DNA of 60,166 nt from Pseudomonadota bacterium (GTDB lineage Bacteria; Bdellovibrionota_B; Oligoflexia; Oligoflexales; CAIYRB01): positions 1-60,166 of the forward strand of contig JANOTL010000095.1 in NCBI GenBank assembly GCA_031416315.1, given 5' to 3'. Position 1 is the first letter of the stretch. Each line of letters begins with the position of its first letter. The translations under genes and the position numbers were made by a program. Of the stretch, positions 30,524-41,141 are shown piece by piece. A model generated the notes under the pieces. The model searched no databases and had not been told where the DNA came from. It was given only the letters and a program-made list of their open reading frames with translations.

Positions 30524-31017
30524 TTACTCCTCAATTCAGCGCCAAATCTGGCAGATCGCAAGGATCACCACGCCATCCCATAGGCACGTATTGGCTCCCG
30601 CTATGCCTCCCTCGGATCGAGCCACTGTCGCGAAAGATGACAGCTTTCAGGCTCAACGATGCAACTTCGTAGCCAATGGCGATGCGCCAAGTCGTCTATT
30701 GATCCAGCGGTCATGGACCTCAACGAGCGCTAGAGGGCCGTGCACGCCAAGTTGCTTCAGGAGGACGCCGAGCTTCGCTGCGCAAACCGTCGTCGGAAAA
30801 GTCGAGACCGCCCGCGTCAAGGCACAGGTCGGCAAAGCCGACGCGGCCGACGGGGGGGGGGGCATGAGAGCCGCCAGTTACCCGAACAACTCGTCACGGC
30901 GTCCAGCGCCGATCTCGTCTTTGTAGCGACGAGCAGCCTCATTGCCCTTGGCCTTCGATTCGCTCGCGGTTCCATTGGATCCGGGCGCCCGCCGTCATAG
31001 ACAAGCGCGCCCTGCGA

Positions 31018-31647
31018 TCAGGGAACGCTCGTCGACAACGGCCCAATCAGGGACCCAATGAAGCGGTCGATCCTGGTTCTTTGTGAAGTGCTACCAGGGT
31101 ATAAACTAGCCTTCAGGAGATAGCCGTCCGTGTCGCTAAGCTTGGTCGAGGCGATGATCGTCCCCGCCAACTCGTCGTTCGCCTCAGGGTACTCGGGCAA
31201 TGAGCCGAGGTGAAACACGACTGGTGATTGAGGTTCGATCGAAGTCTTCGAAATCATGACGGCGCGCTTGTCGCTGAGCTCGAGAAGCCGTGCATCCTGC
31301 TCACCGTTGCCTCGGAATTTGAGCGGAAGATAGAGGTGACGCGCACGGTGTCGACCGAAGCGGCGGAAGCTGCCAATGAACGATGATGGCGGCGATGTGA
31401 CGATGGCATTGGCAAAAGCCCAGACGAAAAACAGGTCGACGACTGCTGCGGAAATCTCTTCGATGCTTAACGGCGCGTCGAAACTCTCGACTCGAGCACG
31501 CTCATGCAACACCAAGCCCTCAGCGTTCAACAGCGCGTTCATCGCCACTTGCGGCGCGGGCAGGTCGGACGCCGTCACCGAGCTCGAAAGGAGGGCGAGG
31601 CAACCTCAAAACGCGACACAGGCGAACAGATTCTGGTTCGGCTTCAT
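31018..31647 (-). pseudogene. Hypothetical protein with PilZ-like C-terminus; in-frame TGA at codon 14
   Basis: ATG 31647: MKPNQNLFACVAF*GCLALLSSSVTASD..., continuing into the 186-aa ORF (RRFGR...ELSDK). Confidence 0.4.
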
Positions 31648-31767
31648 GCCGGTCGCCGAAGCAATTAGCGATCCACACTTGATTGTGGCATTTCACGCAG
31701 GTTGGCGCGGATTCTCAAAGTTGTAGGCAAGTCGGTGCTTCAGCTCACCCAATTGACCAGCGGCAGG

Positions 31768-31930
31768 CCGCGCTCGATGCGTCTTTCGATTCAAGGTCAT
31801 CAGGAGCGTCGCGGTATGCTCCGCGACCGCATAAGGTGAGTATTCAGGAACACGCATGACCGCGACTCCTGCTGTGGACGCGGCGGCCAGATCGACGTGG
31901 TCGTAGCCTGCCGATCGCCGCGTGATCAGC
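31768..31930 (-). pseudogene. D-lactate/2-hydroxyacid dehydrogenase internal fragment
   Basis: Manual translation [49 protein letters not shown]. Confidence 0.8.
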
Positions 31931-31971
31931 GGGGTCCTCCACGAAACAGAGCGCGCGGTCTCGAATGGCGA

Positions 31972-32367
31972 TCAGTGCTTGTAGCCGGGCAGATTCTGCG
32001 AAAGCACGTCGGCGGTGACGAGGCCGACCACGTGCTCATCCGCATCGACGACGGCAATCGTATCCGAGCGACCAGCGAGCATCGCCGCAGCAACCTGTCG
32101 CATCGACGCGTTCTCAGAGCAAACGAACACCAAGTTCCGCATGGCATCTTCAGCATTGAGGCCTGAAGGCAGGTCGAAGTCGTCGTCATCGTGATAACGC
32201 GCGAACCTAAGGACGTCGCGATCGGAAACGAGTCCAATCACGCGACCCTCTTCGATTACGGGCAAATTGTGGACGCGACTTCCCGCCAAAAGGCCGAAAA
32301 CATCCATCAGGGAGTCCTGCGCTTGCGCACAATTTGTCGGGCGGGACATGATGTCTTTTGCAAGCAT
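31972..32367 (-). CDS. CBS-domain pair protein
   Basis: MLAKDIMS, HNLPVI..GRVIGLVSDRD, VVGLVTADV. Confidence 0.85.
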   Translation of the reverse strand: MLAKDIMSRPTNCAQAQDSLMDVFGLLAGSRVHNLPVIEEGRVIGLVSDRDVLRFARYHDDDDFDLPSGLNAEDAMRNLVFVCSENASMRQVAAAMLAGRSDTIAVVDADEHVVGLVTADVLSQNLPGYKH

Positions 32368-32402
32368 GGCGGTCTCCCTGGGGCGTAGGTTGGTCGCGAC
32401 TC

Positions 32403-32418
32403 AGCAAGGAGCGTGCCA
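32403..32418 (-). promoter_or_regulatory. Putative sigma54 promoter
   Basis: Minus strand TGGCACGCTCCTTGCT, a perfect TGGCACG-N4-TTGCT match. Confidence 0.75.
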
Positions 32419-32695
32419 AGCTCCAACGATCGGGAGTCGCGTCATCAGGCACGTCCAACGTCGGCCGCTGGACTGACCCGTCGCTCTGTGTCCAATTCCA
32501 CTGCATCTGCGCGATCTCACCCAAGTTGGACTGATTCAGCGTCAGATCGCGCCGACAGAGGCCATTTGTCGTACGTGCAGCAACCGCCGTTGTCGGCATG
32601 CAATCTGCTTAAGGGAGCTTGCATCTACTATGTGAGTCGTCCTCGACGAATGGAGACTGGTGGGGCGCGAAACAAATTTAGCAAAGGAAACACAC

Positions 32696-33577
32696 GTGAA
32701 GATCGTCTTGGGCGTCGATGACGCTGCGCGGGCAAAGGACACAGCAGATCTATTGCAGGCCCTTCGGTTCCAAAGTGCGTCGATCGACGTGGTCCATGTT
32801 CTCGACGGAAGGTCAGAGTCCTACTACCCTGTCGACCGGCATCGGCCCGACCTCATCGCGCGCTACATGAGGATGCAGGAGGACAACGCAAACGAGCTTC
32901 TCGCTGGAACCTGGAAGGAGCTTCAAGGGCGAGACTTCGTGGAAGTCACCTCCAACGTCTTGATGGGCTACCTGAGCAACAAGCTTCTCGACTACTGCGC
33001 GCAGACTTCCGCCGACGTTCTTGCCGTGGCGTCATCTGACAAAGGCCCCGTAGAAGGCATTCTAATCGGTAGTGTGACCCGGAAGGCCGTCATTGCGGCG
33101 CCGTGTAGCGTCTTGGTGTCGAAGCGTCGCGTCGAGCCGCGTCGACCGTTGAAGGTCGTCCTTGCGACCGACCATTCGCCGTATGCCAATAAATGCATCG
33201 ATACTTTCGTGCGTTGGGCCCCCCGCGGAATCGGACGGGTGACCGTAGCGACGGTCTTTCCGGAGCAACTGGTAAAGGCCATGACGTCCGTCGTCGAGAA
33301 TTTCAAGGCTGACGTCAGCGACTGGGTGCGCGCAGAGCTTGAGCGCACAAACCTGGAGGTCATTGAACGCCTCTCAGGGCTAGGCGCCGAATGCAAATCT
33401 AGGGTCGAGTCGGGCTTTGTCGTCGAAACGCTTGAGCGAGTCATGAAGGAGGAGGATGCCGACCTGATGGTCCTAGGCGCTCAGGGCCACGGTTTCGTCG
33501 AGCGCATGACACTTGGCAGTGTCTCGCTCGACCAGGCGGTCAAGAAGCCCTACTCGGTACTCATTGTGCGCGCATGA
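32696..33577 (+). CDS. Tandem-domain universal stress protein
   Basis: KIVLGVD, LIGSVTRK...PCSVLV, VVLATDHS, GAQGHG...LGSVS; GG-N10-GC at 32595-32608 upstream. Confidence 0.88.
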   Translation: MKIVLGVDDAARAKDTADLLQALRFQSASIDVVHVLDGRSESYYPVDRHRPDLIARYMRMQEDNANELLAGTWKELQGRDFVEVTSNVLMGYLSNKLLDYCAQTSADVLAVASSDKGPVEGILIGSVTRKAVIAAPCSVLVSKRRVEPRRPLKVVLATDHSPYANKCIDTFVRWAPRGIGRVTVATVFPEQLVKAMTSVVENFKADVSDWVRAELERTNLEVIERLSGLGAECKSRVESGFVVETLERVMKEEDADLMVLGAQGHGFVERMTLGSVSLDQAVKKPYSVLIVRA

Positions 33578-33593
33578 ATCGAAGGGAAGAGCT

Positions 33594-34655
33594 ATGCGAG
33601 ATAGGTTGATGAAGGCGTTGGTCTTCGTGGCGCCTGGAAGAGTCGAGATTGTGCAAAAGCCCGTCCCCCGACCTGGTCCGACCGACGCTTTGATTCGCAT
33701 CACGACGACCACGATCTGCGGAACCGACGTCCACATCGTCAAGGGCGAATACCCCGTGCGTCCTGGGCTCACGATCGGGCACGAACCGGTCGGAGTCATC
33801 GAAGAGCTTGGTTCGGCCGTTACCGGCTATCAGGTCGGGCAACGCGTCATCGCTGGTGCGATCAATCCGTGCGGCCAATGCGGGCCTTGCCTCGAAGGAA
33901 CTCACTCCCAGTGTGGAGGAAAGCCGCTCGGGGGATGGCGCTTCGGCAACACTATTGACGGTGCGCAAGCGGAGTTCCTGCTTGTCCCCAATGCGACAGC
34001 CAACCTCGCCCCGGTCCCGGACCATTTGACCGATGAGGAAGTGCTGATGTGCCCGGACATCATGAGCACGGGCTTTAGCGGGGCAGAGAGCGGGAAGGTG
34101 AAGATCGGCGATACCGTCGCTATTTTTGCTCAAGGCCCGATCGGCCTATGCGCAACGGCGGGAGCACGTCTAAGCGGCGCGAGTTTCGTCATTACCGTCG
34201 ATAGCCTGGAGAATCGACTAATGATGTCGCGGAAGGTCGGCGCCGACGTCACGATCAACTTCAAGGACAAGGACCCTGTTGCGACCATTCGGGAGCTTAC
34301 TGGAGGGCGCGGGGTCGACGTCGCGATTGAAGCACTTGGTACGGAGGCGACTTTCCAGGCCTGCATGCGCGTACTGAAGCCTGGCGGAACGTTGTCGAGC
34401 CTTGGTGTCTACGCCAAGGACATTCAGCTGCCCCTGGACGCGTTCTACGCCGGCCTTGGTGATCAAAAGCTCATTACGACCCTCTGTCCTGGCGGCAAAG
34501 AGCGGATGCGTCGACTCATGGAAATGATCAGCACACGCCGAGTCGACTTGAAGGCGATGGTGACGCACCGATTCAAGCTCGACCGGATCATCGACGCTTA
34601 CGACCTCTTCTCGAACCAGCGCGACGGCGTCCTCAAGGTGGCGATCACGCCGTGA
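33594..34655 (+). CDS. Zinc-dependent (MDR family) alcohol dehydrogenase
   Basis: ICGTDVH, GHEPVG, CGQCGPC...C, QGPIG. Confidence 0.92.
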   Translation: MRDRLMKALVFVAPGRVEIVQKPVPRPGPTDALIRITTTTICGTDVHIVKGEYPVRPGLTIGHEPVGVIEELGSAVTGYQVGQRVIAGAINPCGQCGPCLEGTHSQCGGKPLGGWRFGNTIDGAQAEFLLVPNATANLAPVPDHLTDEEVLMCPDIMSTGFSGAESGKVKIGDTVAIFAQGPIGLCATAGARLSGASFVITVDSLENRLMMSRKVGADVTINFKDKDPVATIRELTGGRGVDVAIEALGTEATFQACMRVLKPGGTLSSLGVYAKDIQLPLDAFYAGLGDQKLITTLCPGGKERMRRLMEMISTRRVDLKAMVTHRFKLDRIIDAYDLFSNQRDGVLKVAITP

Positions 34656-34950
34656 GCCGGAAGCATTGACCGGCACGCTCCGTGGGGTCTCGTTTTGTCC
34701 TTTCCGCAAACCCCTCCGACACCCGAGCCACGGTCTTCAGACCCCATTCCTTGCCCTCGCGAGTCTTGTGGCCCCCCCCCCCCTCCCGTTGAGCTTCTGG
34801 GCGATCCCTCCCCACGGAAGGTTTTGGCGCTGCCTAAGCTCGACGATCAGTCGAGCGATCCGCATTTCTTGTCGTCTCGAGCAGGTGCCGCTGACTCAAC
34901 GAGTCTTTGCGCACTTTGCGACCTTTGCGGTTCAATGGCTTGGCGACTTT

Positions 34951-35357
34951 GCACCGGGTCCAACCGACGAAGAGGTCGAGGGCATCGTAAGCGCTGTCGC
35001 TCATGCCGTCATGCAAGATCTCACCACGCGTGGTGACCTGACCACTCCGGACGAGGAGTCGGAGGCCAGCTTGGAAACATCGCTGCTCGACCCCATCTTT
35101 GCCGAGTCCGAGCAGTTGGCGGCGGTCTCGGCGAGGTCTGTGATGCGCGTCGCGTTCGGTGATCGTGCGGGGTGCCTGGTGCGCCGTATCGGTCGAGGCT
35201 TCGGGTGGGAAGATGAGGAGGTGGTCGCGAAAGGCCGCCGCTGCTTCAGCGAGAACGGTTTCACTATACACGCCAACCGCTACATCGGCATGAATGTGCG
35301 CGGTGCTCTCGAGAAGCTCTTGGCCTATGGTGCGCGCGGCGCCTTTGCGCACCATCG
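34951..35357 (+). pseudogene. IS91-family transposase middle fragment
   Basis: PGPTDEEV...GFTIHAN...LEKLLAYGARGAFA resembles IS91-like GFSLHA...LERL..Y..RP. Confidence 0.7.
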
Positions 35358-35561
35358 ACGATCCGCTGATCGTGGCGCGGATCCTTCTCGCTCTTGGTCT
35401 GTACGGCCGTGCGCCCGCGCGAGCCCCACCACGATTGCGAGAGCATCTTCGAAGGCATCGACCAGCGGCTACATGACGAAGACTAAGGGCCTCGCGCTGG
35501 GCGGAGCCATGCCGGAAAGCGGCGAAAGCCGGCTAAACCTCGGGTTCTGTGGCTAGGATCG

Positions 35562-36101
35562 TCAATCGACGGCTCGGAAATGCGCGCCTTGCTGGCCTGC
35601 CGCGTCTCCCGGGGGCCCAAAGAATGTCAAAGTGGCAGCCTGATCACGGGCGAAGAGCGAGGGGCCGCGAATCGAGTCGCCTATAAGCAACCCGCCCGGT
35701 CGCACGAAGGTCCAAACGAGTCCAGAAGCCGCGATCGCGCGTTCGCCTTCTGCGTGCCAGCGGCCGATAAGCTGGTTCGGATGATCTTCGACGGTTTCTG
35801 CCGAGAGCTTGACGATGTGCTTGGCGCCGGCAGTCTTGGCGGCGCGCGCGAGCGCGGCAGCATGCTTTCCGAGCTCGGGGCCGGCCGAAAGGGCGAAGAC
35901 CTTGGTCACGCCGGCGAGCGCTGGCGCCAGAGTCTCGGGCCTTTCGAAGTCGCCGGCGACGATCTCCACGCCGTTCGGGAAAACGTCGGGCTTGATCTTG
36001 GTCGGATCGCGCGTCATCGCGCGCACAGGGTGCTTCTGGTCGGCGAGGAGCTGCAGAATTTCCTTGCCGACGGTGCCAGAGGCTCCGGTTACGAGGATCA
36101 T
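35562..36101 (-). pseudogene. NmrA/SDR NAD(P)-binding protein, probably C-terminally truncated
   Basis: MILVTGASGTVG, GDFERP, WTFVRPG, followed by unrelated sequence. Confidence 0.7.
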
Positions 36102-36234
36102 GGGCGTTTCTCCTTGGGAACTGGGCCACCCGCGATCACGGTGACGAGCTGACGCAAGCGCGCGCCGCGGTCGCCCGTCGCCCCTGCAACGACTACCATC
36201 GAAACGTCGCCATGTCGTGAGCGCATCGGATTTC

Positions 36235-36957
36235 TCAGCCGTAGACCCGAAGCCAAGTTTCCAGGTCGATGCCCCGCGCGCGGATTCGCCCATCGGGCAT
36301 CGCGCCGCCGCGCAGGTCGAGCTTCACGCGTCCGACCCCGGCGCCAGGACGGGTCGTGAGGCTCGAGACGACGACGTTGAACAAGAAGGCGGGTCGGGAA
36401 CGCGCCGTGAACCAATGAACGTTGTCCTTGTCGTCGGAAATCGTCGAGATGCTGCCGCGCGTGAAGGTCGTGTCGATCGTCGGGGTCAGAATCTTCTCGT
36501 CGCCGTGGTCTTCGCGCTCGAAGTGGCGCGCACGAAGGTCGCCGCTGAGGACGACGAATGCCGTCATTTGGTTGTTGTGGCCGTGCGGAGGAATCGAACG
36601 ACCGTCGCCCATGGCCGTGATTTCTGCCTTGAAACGTAAGTCCGCGCCGAGATCGACGAGCACGTTGGTTTCGCCGAGCGCCGGTAGTTGAAGGCCGTCG
36701 GTCAGGCGGGAAAAATCGATGTGGGTCATCAAGTCGTCGAGATCGACCCATCGGAGGAGACTCTCGAGCCGATGTTGCGACGCGATCGGCGACCTGTTTC
36801 CGGTGGCGAGATCGCGAGCCATCGTGTCGAGATCCGTGATCCAGGCGTCGAGTTGAGCCTTGACCGGCTCGGCAACGGCTTTGCGTTGCCAAAGAGTCGT
36901 TGCGAGCGCGGTGAACAGGAGCATGCTGAGCTCGCGCCGGGTCGGCGTCATATTCAT
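36235..36957 (-). CDS. Tat-signal cupin / cysteine-dioxygenase-like protein
   Basis: TRRELS twin-arginine motif; PPHGHNNQ...VLSG...DNVHW. Confidence 0.65.
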   Translation of the reverse strand: MNMTPTRRELSMLLFTALATTLWQRKAVAEPVKAQLDAWITDLDTMARDLATGNRSPIASQHRLESLLRWVDLDDLMTHIDFSRLTDGLQLPALGETNVLVDLGADLRFKAEITAMGDGRSIPPHGHNNQMTAFVVLSGDLRARHFEREDHGDEKILTPTIDTTFTRGSISTISDDKDNVHWFTARSRPAFLFNVVVSSLTTRPGAGVGRVKLDLRGGAMPDGRIRARGIDLETWLRVYG

Positions 36958-37003
36958 GATGGATCCTTCGGGAACGTTATCGCCCTGATTCTACTACAAA
37001 ATA

Positions 37004-37255
37004 CTACAGACGCATCCCCATGCAAACATGCTGAACGTCAGGGACGCCCCAAAGAACGTCCGTGCTGACTTTCAAGCGAACGAACCCAATCTTGTCGTAG
37101 AAGTGTACGGCGGAGACGTTTCTCGAGGTCGTCCGTAGATGGACACCCGCGACCAAGCCGCTCTTTAGGTGCTGAATCGCAACAGCGATCAGCTTTTGAC
37201 CGATGCCCTTACGCTGAGATCCCGGCAGAACGTTGATATGCAGATGGGCTGGGTA
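37004..37255 (-). pseudogene. GNAT acetyltransferase C-terminal fragment
   Basis: Manual translation YPAHLHINVLPGSQRKGIGQKLI...N.SAVHFYDKIGF; preceded by an in-frame TAG. Confidence 0.75.
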
Positions 37256-37442
37256 CTACGCCGACTATCAGGGCTTCGTCGAAATCTCGCTTTTGCGCCT
37301 CACGGCAGGGCGCTATCAAGAGACTTGGTCGATGGAGCGCGAGGGCATCGAGATCCAGACGTCGGAAAAGGGCTACGTCGGCGGCGTGAAGGTGCAGTTT
37401 TAATACGGCCGGCTGCCGGCCGTATAAGAGGGGTCCAGCGTC

Positions 37443-38795
37443 TCAGGTTCCCGTGCCGCACAGCGACTCGTCGCGGCGCGCGGCCTCGAGGGCCTTCGTG
37501 AAACTGCCGCCGCGCAAAGCCTTACCGCTGCTGCGCAAGAAGCGCACGTCGATCGAGATGTTGTCGGACGTCGAGACCGCGACGAGCCCCGCGCGGACCC
37601 GTGAGGTCACGTTGAATTCGTTGATCACCGAGGCGTCGAGGAAGGCGTCGTAGTCGCCCGAGCCGGCGGCGACTAGGACCGAGACGTCGTGATGGTTCAC
37701 CACGGCGACGAGCCCGGCTTCGACGTCGTTCTGCACGTTCGTGCGCTTGATGTTGTCTTGGACCATCGCCATGGCGTCGTTCTCGACGTCGGCCATCGCG
37801 TCCGGCGCGTCGAGCAAGCACTTCCAGTTGTCCGCCGCTTTCGCAAGCGTGGCGGGATGGTCCTCGGCGATGCTGGTGGCTTGCGCGGTCAGGTTCGCAC
37901 CCGAAGCGGCCTTCCCACGATTCGGGAACGCGAGGTCGAGGAGGCCTTCGCGTACGGATTCGCTCGCGTTTTCCAGGTTCGGACGCAGGCGAGCCAGCGC
38001 CGGGAGCACGGTGCCACGCTGCTCGTGCAGGAGCTTGCGCAAGCCCTGGCGCGCCGTCGACAGGGGATTGAAGAGCGTCCAAAGCGTCTTCATCGCCACG
38101 CGCGCCTTTTCCTCCGTGTTGAAGAGGGCGCGAATCTTGCCGGTCAGGCCCTTGCCCGCGTCGGCGATCCCGAGCGGGTGGCCGTCGTCCCACAGGCTGC
38201 GCAAGGTCGGCTTGGCCTGTCCGGTGTTGGCGATCGGCCGACAATAGCCCATGGAGTAAGGCACGCCGATGTAGAGCTTGTACCCGTCGAGCAGCATTTT
38301 CGCGCCGATTTCCGCCGCGGGACAGATGATGACCTCGCGGAAGGAGAAAGGGCCACGCGATTTTCCGAGCATGAGGTAGTGGTAGTCGCGGACGAAGAAG
38401 GCGACCTCTTCGATCTGCTTCTTGATCGCATCGCGGTGCGAGTTCCACCAGATCTGATGGTCGCCGCGGTCTTGGCCGAAACATTCGCCGTAGTTGCCGA
38501 GCTGAATCATGTAGCTGGAGAGCGGGTCGTACTTCGTGACGCCGGCACGCTTCAGTGAGGTGTCGAGCTGTAGCGCGGCTTCGTTGTAGGTGGCGCGCTC
38601 GTTGCCGGAGTAGTTGAGCAAGTCCTCCGCGTAACGGTTGAACGAAATGATGCGTGCTTCCGTCCAGGTCTGGCCGTCGGTCGGCTTGGCGTCCACGAAG
38701 TCAGCTTTCACTTCGCTCGTGTTCTTGCGCTGCTTGCAGGCGGAGCTTGCTGCGAGGCCAAGGATCAGAGCCAAGGGGGCGAGACGACGGGACAT
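37443..38795 (-). CDS. Hypothetical lipoprotein
   Basis: MSRRLAPLALILGLAASSAC-KQRKNTSEVK lipobox; high GC3 coding pattern. Confidence 0.7.
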   Translation of the reverse strand: MSRRLAPLALILGLAASSACKQRKNTSEVKADFVDAKPTDGQTWTEARIISFNRYAEDLLNYSGNERATYNEAALQLDTSLKRAGVTKYDPLSSYMIQLGNYGECFGQDRGDHQIWWNSHRDAIKKQIEEVAFFVRDYHYLMLGKSRGPFSFREVIICPAAEIGAKMLLDGYKLYIGVPYSMGYCRPIANTGQAKPTLRSLWDDGHPLGIADAGKGLTGKIRALFNTEEKARVAMKTLWTLFNPLSTARQGLRKLLHEQRGTVLPALARLRPNLENASESVREGLLDLAFPNRGKAASGANLTAQATSIAEDHPATLAKAADNWKCLLDAPDAMADVENDAMAMVQDNIKRTNVQNDVEAGLVAVVNHHDVSVLVAAGSGDYDAFLDASVINEFNVTSRVRAGLVAVSTSDNISIDVRFLRSSGKALRGGSFTKALEAARRDESLCGTGT

Positions 38796-38869
38796 GCGCG
38801 GGCTTTTACGACGATTTTCGGGGCACCTGATTATAGCATGGGCCGGCGAAAGGACGGCCTTTGCCACTA

Positions 38870-39018
38870 GTTCCGTGGATCTGCCGCAGCCCGAACGCGG
38901 CGCCGATCGGATCCGCTAGTACCGCGTGTTGCGCGGCCACCGGTCCGTGCGTCGAGGGCATCATGAGCCGCGCGCCGAGCCGCTCGGCAGTCTCGATGCT
39001 CGCCGCGAGCTTTTGCAC
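38870..39018 (-). pseudogene. VOC/glyoxalase C-terminal fragment
   Basis: AERLGARLMMP.....AVLADPIGAAFGL. Confidence 0.55.
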
Positions 39019-39032
39019 GCTGAAGAACGGCC

Positions 39033-39518
39033 ATCCACTTCCACACCGTCGCCATCGACGACGTCTTCTCGGTGGCTGGGCCCGTGCCTGTGTTTCATCA
39101 GCTGCCTGGCCCGAGCGACGAGGAGGTCGCGGGCATCTTGGAAGCGGTGGCCCAAGCCGTCATCAGTGAGCTCCGCGCTCACAGGTATCTGACGGAGGTG
39201 ATGGACGTGAACTTGATCAACAACGCTTACGACGCCGTCTTCGCCCGGGAGGAGCGGTGGGTCAAGGTCGTGATCGACGACCGCCCTCATGATCTCGAGA
39301 TCCGCGTCGTCGACTCGGGAGTCGGCTTGACGCCGGCCCTATTGGAGCGGGCCTTTCAGCCGTTCTTCACGACGAAAGACGTGGGCAAAGGCACCGGACT
39401 CGGGCTCAGCATCTCGAAGTCGATCATCGAGGCCCATCACGGCGAGATTTCCTTCGACCGAGCCGCCCCGACGACGACCGTCGTCGTGAGGCTGCCGAAG
39501 CGTCAGCCTCGGGAGTAG
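39033..39518 (+). pseudogene. Chimera: IS91-family HUH fragment fused in frame to a HATPase_c domain
   Basis: IHFHTVAIDDVF...PGPSDEEV | NLINNAYDA, DSGVG, FQPFFTTK, GTGLGLSIS. Confidence 0.75.
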
Positions 39519-39925
39519 AAGCGTTCCCGCAGCCCCATCCGCGATCTCCTTCTCGCCGCGTTCGCAGGCGCGTACACGCTCGTCGGTTGCGAGCTCGGCT
39601 GGCTGAAAAAATGGGTCGACACGGCGACACGCCTGACCATGCGTTGCCACGACGACGACCTCGACGTCCTGCCGGCGTGCGCCCGGCGCTGCCGCATGCT
39701 CAACGACGGCACCGGCGGTTACGGTCTTCGACCAGACCGTGCTCTTTTACGCCCGCTTCTGGCCGCTCGGGCTCGTCCTGCGCCTATTCAATCGAGATCC
39801 GCTGGCGCCCGACCCTCTAGATTTTGAGCGATTTTGGTAAGCGATAAGGGTCGGGGTGATGGGGAGACGTTGCGGGCTGATTCTAATGATTTGTCGCTCG
39901 GAACCGTAACAGGCAGGAGGAAGTT

Positions 39926-39946
39926 TGGCGGAAGGGGAGGGAATCG
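39926..39946 (-). repeat. att-like copy of the tRNA-Sec 3' end (boundary between islands)
   Basis: TGGCGGAAGGGGAGGGAATCG identical to 44581-44601. Confidence 0.9.
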
Positions 39947-40057
39947 CCCCGGGCGACTGACAAAGAGCAGTCGATTCGAGGACATTTAGGCCACTTGAGT
40001 ACTTAACACTCGTGTCTCGTCCCGCGGCATTCCGCGGGATCCCTCGATAGGCCATCG

Positions 40058-40078
40058 AATCACGTACAAATCACGTAC
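40058..40078 (+). repeat. Putative integrase arm-type binding sites
   Basis: AATCACGTAC-A-AATCACGTAC; matches GATCACGTAC-AG-AATCACGTTC at 44484-44505. Confidence 0.65.
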
Positions 40079-40301
40079 TGAATTCGGAAATCACCGAGGA
40101 AGGCGTTAAGCGGCTCAGGGCGCTGCGATGCACTCCGCGAACTCGAATTTGGAGCTGCCCCTGTCGATGCGCGGGGCGGAGAGCTTCCCGTAGCGGCGGC
40201 CGCGGCCGTGAAGGGCGTCGGCGCTTGCGAACGAGGCGAGGGTCACGTTATCGCGCATCGGCGCGGACGTCGCAGTCCCTACGTGCTTCACAGGATCGCT
40301 T

Positions 40302-41141
40302 TCAACCCGCGCCTTCTCGCGCCAAGGAATCTTCGATCAATGCGCCTTCTTCGTCCTCATTGCCAACGCGCAGCGCCTTGGCGAGGATTTTCCGCTGCTC
40401 AACGCACGCCGTCTGCTCCCGAATCACCTTCATCGCTTTGGCAGTCAGGAAGGGAAGGCTGGCGTATTGACTCGCATCGACCGACTCAGCCTGAGAATCT
40501 TCGCAGAGACCGACGGCGCGGCGGGCGAGCTCAATGGCTTTCTGAGCGTGACCGCGGCTTAGGTGTTCTTCCGCGAGGAGCTGCGTCTCAATGCCCGTCG
40601 CGCCTGCTTCGATCATGCGGTCTTCAAACGCTTGGTAGTCCGGCCGATCCGGGTAGCCGGCCACCCAAATCCTTCTAGCGACCATAATGAGCGTCACCTG
40701 GGCCCATTGCGACTGCCGCTCCGATCGAAGGGTCAGCAGGAAGTCCAAACAGCGCGCATGAGCGTTCGACTTGATGCAAAGGCTCGCGAGGTCATGCGGA
40801 GACACGTCCGACCGCTGCTCCTGGATGACCTGCGCGAAAGATTCGAGAAGAGCTTCCAAGCATTCGGTCTGGTCTTCGGCGCTCTGACATGCCACTGCAA
40901 GCCGGTCCCAGTCCTCATAAGGATTGCTCGCGGCAGGTTTCTCAGCCGCAGCGCTGGCACTCTGGGCGCGGTCGCGAGGGTGTGACGCATCTTCGTGCGC
41001 GATAGGTGTGGAAGGCACGGATACTTGAAGACGTTTACTGACAGGCGCAGGTCCTAACGAGGACGCTGGTGCTGACCGAGAGACATAGAGCGCTGCCGCT
41101 AAGAAAACGGCGCCGCTGAAGGCTATCAAGCCAGGTTTCAT
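40302..41141 (-). CDS. Hypothetical membrane-anchored helical protein
   Basis: N-terminal hydrophobic anchor; GGAG upstream; TPR-like helical C-terminus. Confidence 0.5.
   Translation of the reverse strand: MKPGLIAFSGAVFLAAALYVSRSAPASSLGPAPVSKRLQVSVPSTPIAHEDASHPRDRAQSASAAAEKPAASNPYEDWDRLAVACQSAEDQTECLEALLESFAQVIQEQRSDVSPHDLASLCIKSNAHARCLDFLLTLRSERQSQWAQVTLIMVARRIWVAGYPDRPDYQAFEDRMIEAGATGIETQLLAEEHLSRGHAQKAIELARRAVGLCEDSQAESVDASQYASLPFLTAKAMKVIREQTACVEQRKILAKALRVGNEDEEGALIEDSLAREGAG

Larger units (their letters stand above)
26462..39925. mobile_element. Decayed genomic island at selC (distal island, about 13.5 kb)
   Basis: Bounded by two copies of the tRNA-Sec 3' end; rich in gene fragments and IS91-like remnants; no intact integrase seen. 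Confidence 0.7.

Noticed and set aside
39520..39925. Expected integrase of the distal island
   Set aside because: No R-K-HxxR-H-Y motifs recognisable in any frame; presumed deleted.
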